Origin: Chloroflexota bacterium
GTDB taxonomy: Bacteria; Chloroflexota; UBA11872
Reading direction: 5' to 3'
Assembly: GCA_022824865.1 (NCBI GenBank)
Contig: JAJDZD010000072.1
Coordinates: forward strand, 70,848 to 134,847
Length of the DNA stretch: 64,000 bases
The translations under genes and the position numbers were made by a program. This document shows positions 58,263-64,000 of the stretch, piece after piece. Below the pieces are notes generated by a model that ran no database searches, had not been told where the DNA came from, and saw only the letters and a program-made list of their open reading frames with translations. The number at the start of each line of letters is the position of its first letter. Position 1 is the stretch's first letter.

Positions 58263-59921
58263 GTGACTGGCGCCGATGCCCTGGTCCAGATCCTCAAAGC
58301 CGAAGGCGTGAAGCAGGTGTTCTGCTTTCCCTACACGCCGGTCATGGAAGCCATGGCCCGCGCCGATCTCCGCATCCTGCTGACCCGGCAGGAACGGGTG
58401 GCCGGCAACATGGCCGACGGCGTATCCCGCTCGACGAACGGGCGCGAGATCGGCACCTGGACCGTGCAACAGTCGGCCGGCGTGGAAAACGCGTTTGCCG
58501 CGATTGCGCACTCCTACACGGACTCGACGCCGGTGCTGTTCGTGCCCGGCCACCCCGGCATGCCCAAGACCAGCGTCCCGCCGGCCTTCGAAGGCGTGCG
58601 GAATTACCAGGCCACCATTCGCCACGGGGCCGTCGTGGGCTCGGCGGCCGAGGTGCCGCAGCGGGCGCGCATGGCGTTCACGGCCCTGCGGTCGGGCCGT
58701 CCCGGACCGGTGATGTTGGAAATGCCGGTGGAGGTCTGCGCGGAGGAGTTCACCGGGCCGCTCGACTACACGCCGATCCGCCCCGCCCGCTCGGCGGCCG
58801 ATAGCGGCGCGGTATCGGAAACCGCGGACCTGCTGCTGCGAGCCGGGTCCATCCTCATCTGGGCCGGCCAGGGCGTGCTCTACGCCGAGGCTTCAGACGA
58901 ATTGCAGGAAGTCGCCGAACTGCTGGGCGCACCCGTCATGTGCACCCTGCAGGGCAAGAGCGCCATTTCCGAGAAGCACGAGCTCTCGGCCGGCGTTGGC
59001 GCCTATGTGCGTACGGCCATGGCCGCCCACTACCTGGAGACGGCGGACACCGTGCTGGTGGTCGGCTCGAGTCTCAGCCGCATGTCGTTCACGCCCGATC
59101 TGCCCGAAGGCAAGACCATCATTCACGCCACCAACGACTCGGTGGACCTGAACAAGAGCTACGAGACGGCGGTTCCCATTCTCGCCGACGCCAAGCTGTT
59201 CCTGCGCCAGCTGGCCGATGAGCTGCGCGTGCGCGTTGGCGATGGTCGCGAAGCCGAGCGCCAGCAGACGGCGGCAGACATCGCCACCATGAAGCGCAAC
59301 TGGTTCGCGGACTACACCGCCCACTTCAACGACGACTCAGAGCCGATCAACGCCTACCGCATGCTGCGTGAACTCTGGAGTGTGCTGGACCCGGACACGA
59401 GCATGCTGACGCACGAGTCCGGCGCGTCGCGCGACATCCAGAGCGTGTTCTACCAGTCGACGGTTCCCCGCAGCTATCTCGGTTGGGGACAGTCGTCCCA
59501 GCTTGGCTTCTCGATCGGCCTGGCGATGGGAGCCAAGATCGCCAATCCCGACAAGACCATCGTCAACGTCATGGGCGACGGGGCCGTGGGGATGACGGGC
59601 ATGGACTGGGAGACGGCGGCGCGGGAGAACCTGCCGATCCTCAGCGTCATCAAGCACGATGCCATTTTCAGCGGCTACGACAAGAACATTCCGGAGTCGA
59701 TCGAAAAGTTCGGCTCGTCGACGCTGCACGGCGACTACGCCGGCGTGGCCGCGGCGCTGGGATGCCACGCGGAGTCGGTGTCCGCCATCGGCGACTTGCG
59801 ACCGGCGCTGTTGCGCGGCCTGCGCGCGGTGAAGGAGGGACAGCCCGCCGTGGTGGACGTATCCACCGCCGAAACGCGGGAGTTGTCGATGGCGCCCGGG
59901 GCTCGCCTGTACGACCGGTAA
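58263..59921 (+). CDS. Thiamine-pyrophosphate-dependent enzyme (acetolactate-synthase-like family)
   Basis: GTG start 58263 (VTGADALVQILKAEGVKQVFCFP). TPP-binding GDGAVGMTGMDWETAARENLPI motif (GDG...N). Confidence 0.75.
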   Translation: MTGADALVQILKAEGVKQVFCFPYTPVMEAMARADLRILLTRQERVAGNMADGVSRSTNGREIGTWTVQQSAGVENAFAAIAHSYTDSTPVLFVPGHPGMPKTSVPPAFEGVRNYQATIRHGAVVGSAAEVPQRARMAFTALRSGRPGPVMLEMPVEVCAEEFTGPLDYTPIRPARSAADSGAVSETADLLLRAGSILIWAGQGVLYAEASDELQEVAELLGAPVMCTLQGKSAISEKHELSAGVGAYVRTAMAAHYLETADTVLVVGSSLSRMSFTPDLPEGKTIIHATNDSVDLNKSYETAVPILADAKLFLRQLADELRVRVGDGREAERQQTAADIATMKRNWFADYTAHFNDDSEPINAYRMLRELWSVLDPDTSMLTHESGASRDIQSVFYQSTVPRSYLGWGQSSQLGFSIGLAMGAKIANPDKTIVNVMGDGAVGMTGMDWETAARENLPILSVIKHDAIFSGYDKNIPESIEKFGSSTLHGDYAGVAAALGCHAESVSAIGDLRPALLRGLRAVKEGQPAVVDVSTAETRELSMAPGARLYDR

Positions 59922-60061
59922 CTTCGAAGCGCGTCGGCGGTGACGCTTCCGTAGCGCGGCGGGCTGGTCGGGCTATGGCGCACGCTCAGTGCGCCGTGCA
60001 TGTCCTCGCACCCTAGACTGCCGACGCCGTATACGCCTGCCTGCCGTCCTGGAGAGCCGCA

Positions 60062-60385
60062 ATGCCTGAGGTCACCGTGATAGCCACCATCCATCCCAAG
60101 CCCGGTCATACCGACGAGTTGATTCGCAAAATGCAGGACAACGTGCGCAACGTGCACGAGGAGGACGGCTGCCTGCACTACACGTATCACCGGGGCCTTG
60201 ACGACCCCGACGCCCTGGTCGTGATCGAGCGTTGGGAGTCGGAGGAACACCTGGCCGCGCACGCGGCCGCGCCGCACATGAAGGCGTTCGGCGAACTGGC
60301 CGCCGAACACCGGGCCGCCCCGTCCGAGGTCGTTCGCTACCGGATGGTTGACACCGACGGCGATCCGGAGAAGTCGCACTTCTAG
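60062..60385 (+). CDS. Antibiotic biosynthesis monooxygenase (ABM) family protein
   Basis: 107-aa ferredoxin-like ABM pattern (VIATIHPKPG..., ERWESEEHLAAH). Confidence 0.7.
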   Translation: MPEVTVIATIHPKPGHTDELIRKMQDNVRNVHEEDGCLHYTYHRGLDDPDALVVIERWESEEHLAAHAAAPHMKAFGELAAEHRAAPSEVVRYRMVDTDGDPEKSHF

Positions 60386-60435
60386 CCGGCTGATCCAGCC
60401 TCGGGCCGGATTCAGGTTCGGCTCGCGCCCTTACG

Positions 60436-61737
60436 TCACTTCGGGGCTGTCATCCCGGCCAGCATCGCGTCGGTGATGAATCGGCCCAGCCCGAACATCT
60501 TGCGGTCCGAATACCAGAGGGTGCGCTCGCCGTTGTGCTCAGTGAGGCTGGCGTACATGGAAAGCCACGGGCGGTAAAAGGGCGGTACGCCAACGCCGTT
60601 GGTGTCGAACAGAAACTTCGGGTCACTGAACCATATGGGCTGGTGAGCCCCGGGACGAAATTCGCCCACCGATATGAACTGCGGCCGTCTGGCGTTGGTG
60701 TTGTCGGTTGGACCGGCAGCGCCATGACTCCAGCCATCGTGGTTCTGGAGGAATTGCAGGTAGCGGCCATCCCGCAGGCGGTAGAGCGGCGTTGGGGACA
60801 CCGGGTTTTCCATCGGCGCTCCTCCGTCCTTGAAGCGCAGCATCTCGGTGGGCCGCCAGGAGTGGCCGTGGTCGTCGGACACCGTGTACCAGATCTGTCC
60901 GTTGCGGGTGCGCATGACCGTAAACAGGCGGTCGTCCGGTAGCAGCGCCACCGCTGGCTCCTGGCAGAACGACAAGTCCGGCGGCGCGTCCGGATCGGTT
61001 GTGATGGGGACTGAAATGAGCTCTTCGCTGTCCGGAAGCCAGGTAATCCGCACCTCGTGCGGCTCGGGTCCCTCGTCGATATTGTCGAAGCGCATGAACT
61101 GGCAGCGGCACTCGCTGTTGAAGATCTTGGCCGCGCCGTCCGGCTTACGGACGACGAGCGGTCGTGCGGCCGCGGCGGATGACCACTCGGTGTATCCCAC
61201 CAGCACGCGGTCGCGCGCGTCCCGGATCGGCTTCTGCCACACCAGGGCATTGGTGCCCACGCTCGGGTCGGGGTGGCTCAGGATGGTTCGTCGGTACGGA
61301 ATGCCGACGTTGCCGGGCGTCCAGGTTCGGCCATCGTCATCGGAGTAGCTGCAGCGCATGAAGCTGGTTGTGTAGTCGGTCCCGACGGCCGTCGCCTTGT
61401 TGTAGAAGACGTAGATGCGGCCCGCGCGGCTGATCACCGGAAACCCGAAGCAGGCCACCTGGCCGTACTTTGGGCCCGGCGGATCAAACTCGCCAGGCTC
61501 GGACCAGGTGCGGCCGCCGTCTTCGCTGCGCGCATGGAGCACGGTCTGGTCCGAGGCGTCGGCCTTAGCGCCGTATGTCCAAACGGCCAGTAGATCTCCC
61601 TCCGGGGTCACATCTACCAGGACGTGATCAACCGCCTCGACAAACTGCGGCGGTTGCCTGGGCAGGAAGAGAACCAGATCAGGGTTGGTGCGGCGCCAGT
61701 CGTCGCTGAAGCACTCAAAGTCGCCGGCGACTGGCAT
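60436..61737 (-). CDS. BNR/Asp-box repeat protein (sialidase/exo-alpha-sialidase-like beta-propeller glycosidase)
   Basis: Three Asp-box motifs: SEDGGRTWS, SDDDGRTWT, SDDHGHSWR. Confidence 0.65.
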   Translation of the reverse strand: MPVAGDFECFSDDWRRTNPDLVLFLPRQPPQFVEAVDHVLVDVTPEGDLLAVWTYGAKADASDQTVLHARSEDGGRTWSEPGEFDPPGPKYGQVACFGFPVISRAGRIYVFYNKATAVGTDYTTSFMRCSYSDDDGRTWTPGNVGIPYRRTILSHPDPSVGTNALVWQKPIRDARDRVLVGYTEWSSAAAARPLVVRKPDGAAKIFNSECRCQFMRFDNIDEGPEPHEVRITWLPDSEELISVPITTDPDAPPDLSFCQEPAVALLPDDRLFTVMRTRNGQIWYTVSDDHGHSWRPTEMLRFKDGGAPMENPVSPTPLYRLRDGRYLQFLQNHDGWSHGAAGPTDNTNARRPQFISVGEFRPGAHQPIWFSDPKFLFDTNGVGVPPFYRPWLSMYASLTEHNGERTLWYSDRKMFGLGRFITDAMLAGMTAPK

Positions 61738-62083
61738 CGGACGCCCCCGCTTGCCATTACCGCGGACGCGCCGCCCGGGCAGCGGCAGCCTAGATCGTCG
61801 TCCGCCCCCGAGCGAACCGCTCGGGCTGAATGCGGCAGGTAGTACATACGGAGACGTAAGCGACCAGGGAGCTCGCCGCGACTCCCACCTGTCTCAGCCC
61901 GCGTCGTGCGTTGGCCTGGGCTCGATCGCCCAGCGAAATTGAGCGCCTCCGGCACCGCTCAGCCATCAGGACGCGCCCAAACCTGATGAGTGAACAATCG
62001 ATGCTCTTGACAATGAGTGCTAAGGCAACTACTATGACTCTTGTTGGGTTGATAGCGAAGGGCAAAGGGGCCCGAGGCGCGTA

Positions 62084-62554
62084 GTGGCGGAAGAGCAGAA
62101 GGAGCCGACTAGGCCGATAGGTCTTGTGGCCAGCACTGTCGTTGCAGCCCACGCCAAGTTGGCGGGTGACGTGCTGGCACCCTTCAAGATCGTGCCGGTC
62201 CAGTGGGCCATCCTTGAGCAGTGTGTCCCCGCTCAGGGCACCACGGCCACGTTGCTGGCGCGAGTCATTCCAATCGACTCCGCCTCCATCAGCCGCAACG
62301 TAGAGCGGCTGGTACGGCTCGGCCTGCTGCAACGGCAACGGCTTGAGCGCGACCGGCGCATCGTACGTTTGACTCTCACGGACGACGGCCGAGCCATCCT
62401 CCCGGAAATCATGAAGCGGATGAAGGTCGTCGACGCTACGCTCTTGGACGGGGTGACGGAGCAAGAGCTTGACGGTTTTCTTCGGACTGTGCGCAAGGTC
62501 GCGGCCAACGTGGCGCGCTCCGCCGAGCTAGCCGATCCCGGCGGCCCCGGCTAA
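62084..62554 (+). CDS. MarR-family transcriptional regulator
   Basis: Winged-helix MarR pattern (QWAILEQC..., ISRNVERLVRLGLLQRQRLERDRRIVRLTLTDDG). Confidence 0.75.
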   Translation: MAEEQKEPTRPIGLVASTVVAAHAKLAGDVLAPFKIVPVQWAILEQCVPAQGTTATLLARVIPIDSASISRNVERLVRLGLLQRQRLERDRRIVRLTLTDDGRAILPEIMKRMKVVDATLLDGVTEQELDGFLRTVRKVAANVARSAELADPGGPG

Positions 62555-62698
62555 GCCAGGCCGAGCGTCCTGAGACGCTTTGGCTGGTGATCCCGCTCTT
62601 GTCCAGAGTCCTTTGCACGTCAAGGAACAGGGGCTGGAGCGTGTCTTACGCCGCATGGCAGCGCTTCCCGCCCCTCGCCCGTTGAGGGACTCCCCGGG

Positions 62699-62793
62699 CG
62701 GAGGTGCATGGGAGTCGAACCCACCTGGAACGCTCACCAGCGCCCCACAACGGTTTTGAAGACCGCGAGGACCACCCGGCCCCGTCCACCTCC
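62699..62793 (-). tRNA. selC: Candidate selenocysteine tRNA (tRNA-Sec, anticodon UCA), 95 nt
   Basis: Minus-strand sequence is GGAGGTGGACGGGGCCGGGTGGTCCTCGCGGTCTTCAAAACCGTTGTGGGGCGCTGGTGAGCGTTCCAGGTGGGTTCGACTCCCATGCACCTCCG. Acceptor is 8 nt (one G.G mismatch at pair 8). 6-bp D-stem with 4-nt loop. Anticodon loop CTTCAAA is identical to E. coli selC. Long variable arm. T-loop TTCGACT is identical to E. coli selC. Discriminator is G. Confidence 0.55.
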
Positions 62794-63119
62794 ACGTCCA
62801 CGCTAGCAGGTTTGGAGGGGAAATCCGGGACGCCAGCGACCGCGCCCGACCGTTCGCGTGAGCGGGAAGATCATGCGGCATGCACGCTGCTCAGCCGGGC
62901 GCCACCGCGGGTGATCCTCATGCTCGCGAACGGCATCAACGGGCTGTGAACCCAGATATGAGGGCAGAGACGTGGATTGTTGCGCTGGGTTGGTCCGACC
63001 TTGCGACTGTGCCCGAGCCCAGACGCAGTTTGTCGCCTGACAGTTTGTCGACGAATTGCCGTCGCGGTAGACTAATTCGGGTCGGGATCTTTGTACGATG
63101 AATTGACCGGGAGGTCGCT

Positions 63120-64000
63120 ATGTCCCCAACGATGACGCGTCGCCGAATGCTTGCCGGGGCCGCGGGTACGGTTGGCGCCACCGTATTGGCGGCCTGTGGC
63201 GAGACCCAGGTCGTAGAGGTGGAGAAGATCGTTACCCAGGAGGTGATCAAGGAAGTCCCGGTCGAGAAGATTGTGACGCAGACGCAGATCAAGGAAGTTG
63301 CAGTCGAGAAGATTGTGACGCAGACGCAAATCAAGGAAGTCCAGGTGGACCGGGTCGTAACCCAGGTCGTCGAGAAGGTCGTTGAGGCGCCGCCAGCGGC
63401 CCGCACGGTGAAGTTCAATTTTGAGACGGACCATACGGCCGGTCCTCGAGGCAAGTCGACGCAGTGGGCGATTGATCGCTACAACCAGATCAAGCCGAAC
63501 ACGATCGTCAAGTTCATTGCGCAGCCGGATCAATTCACTGAAAAAATCAATATTCAGGCGGTCGCCGGCACTCTTTCCGAGATCAGTCTGCTGAGCGACC
63601 GGGTATTCCAGCAGTGGGTTGACGCCGGAACGTGGCTGCAGATCAACGATCTTCTAGCCAAGAACCCTGACTTCACGCCCGCGGAGTACCACTTCTCAGG
63701 CGAGGTGTATACGGACAACAAGGAGCTGCCCGGCCCGCTGCCCTACGACGACACGATGCGCGGACCGCAATACGGCATGCCCTACCAGGGCGCTGGAATC
63801 GCGGCCTTCATCTACAACGTCGATCTCCTGAATGCCGCCGGCGTTCCGGAGCCCACGGATGGCTGGTCGTACGACGACATGCTTGAGGGCGCCATGAAGG
63901 TCCGTGATCAGGAGACAGGGGTCTGGGGACTCAACTCCGGCATCCTTGGCATGCAGCACCAGTGTTGGGGCTTTAACGGGCTCCAGAAATACATCCTGGG
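63120..64000 (+). CDS. ABC transporter extracellular solute-binding lipoprotein (sugar-type), 3-prime partial at window end
   Basis: GGGAGG RBS. Tat-lipoprotein signal MSPTMTRRRMLAGAAGTVGATVLAACGETQVVE. Three tandem 13-aa linker repeats (VEKIVTQTQIKEV). SBP family-1-like body. The ORF runs off the window end. Confidence 0.75.
   Translation, partial: MSPTMTRRRMLAGAAGTVGATVLAACGETQVVEVEKIVTQEVIKEVPVEKIVTQTQIKEVAVEKIVTQTQIKEVQVDRVVTQVVEKVVEAPPAARTVKFNFETDHTAGPRGKSTQWAIDRYNQIKPNTIVKFIAQPDQFTEKINIQAVAGTLSEISLLSDRVFQQWVDAGTWLQINDLLAKNPDFTPAEYHFSGEVYTDNKELPGPLPYDDTMRGPQYGMPYQGAGIAAFIYNVDLLNAAGVPEPTDGWSYDDMLEGAMKVRDQETGVWGLNSGILGMQHQCWGFNGLQKYIL

Overview
This is a 64 kb window of high-GC (about 65-68%) bacterial chromosome, possibly Chloroflexota/Thermomicrobia-like or actinobacterial; lineage cannot be fixed from sequence alone. 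Core genes are interleaved with a strongly accessory middle section. Core content: a proVWX-type glycine-betaine ABC transporter (minus strand, 4.6-8.2 kb), holB next to a PSP1/RicT gene, glnA, and a riboflavin operon ribD-ribE-ribBA-ribH (minus strand, 52.3-55.7 kb). The rib operon is preceded by a clearly recognisable FMN riboswitch. After it come coaE, a PhyH-family dioxygenase, a TPP-dependent enzyme, a MarR regulator and a candidate tRNA-Sec (anticodon UCA). Accessory content: seven type II toxin-antitoxin modules (vapBC x2, fitAB-like, parDE, two tandem AbrB-antitoxin/PIN pairs, brnTA). There is a tandemly duplicated block (22.6-28.3 kb) that left dipeptidase and VapC gene remnants, and a three-sulfatase cluster carrying a duplicated sulfatase. 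One IS5/IS1182-family IS and a 131-bp MITE derivative sit in the loops of REP-like hairpins, each with a CTCT target duplication; several dispersed intergenic repeat families surround them. The 40-47 kb interval looks like a defense/accessory island. It holds an acidic small protein plus a PIN-like protein, a 982-aa fusion of an HSDR_N-like nuclease-fold domain with a gamma-class N6-adenine methyltransferase (Type IIG-like), and an abrupt AT-rich insert encoding a 5-TM membrane protein. It also holds a small protein plus a retropepsin-like aspartic protease, bracketed by two paralogous coiled-coil/C-terminal-TM genes, then about 2 kb of pyrimidine-rich non-coding DNA with roughly 100-bp direct repeats. 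Most other long ORFs in the six-frame track are GC-driven antisense artefacts.
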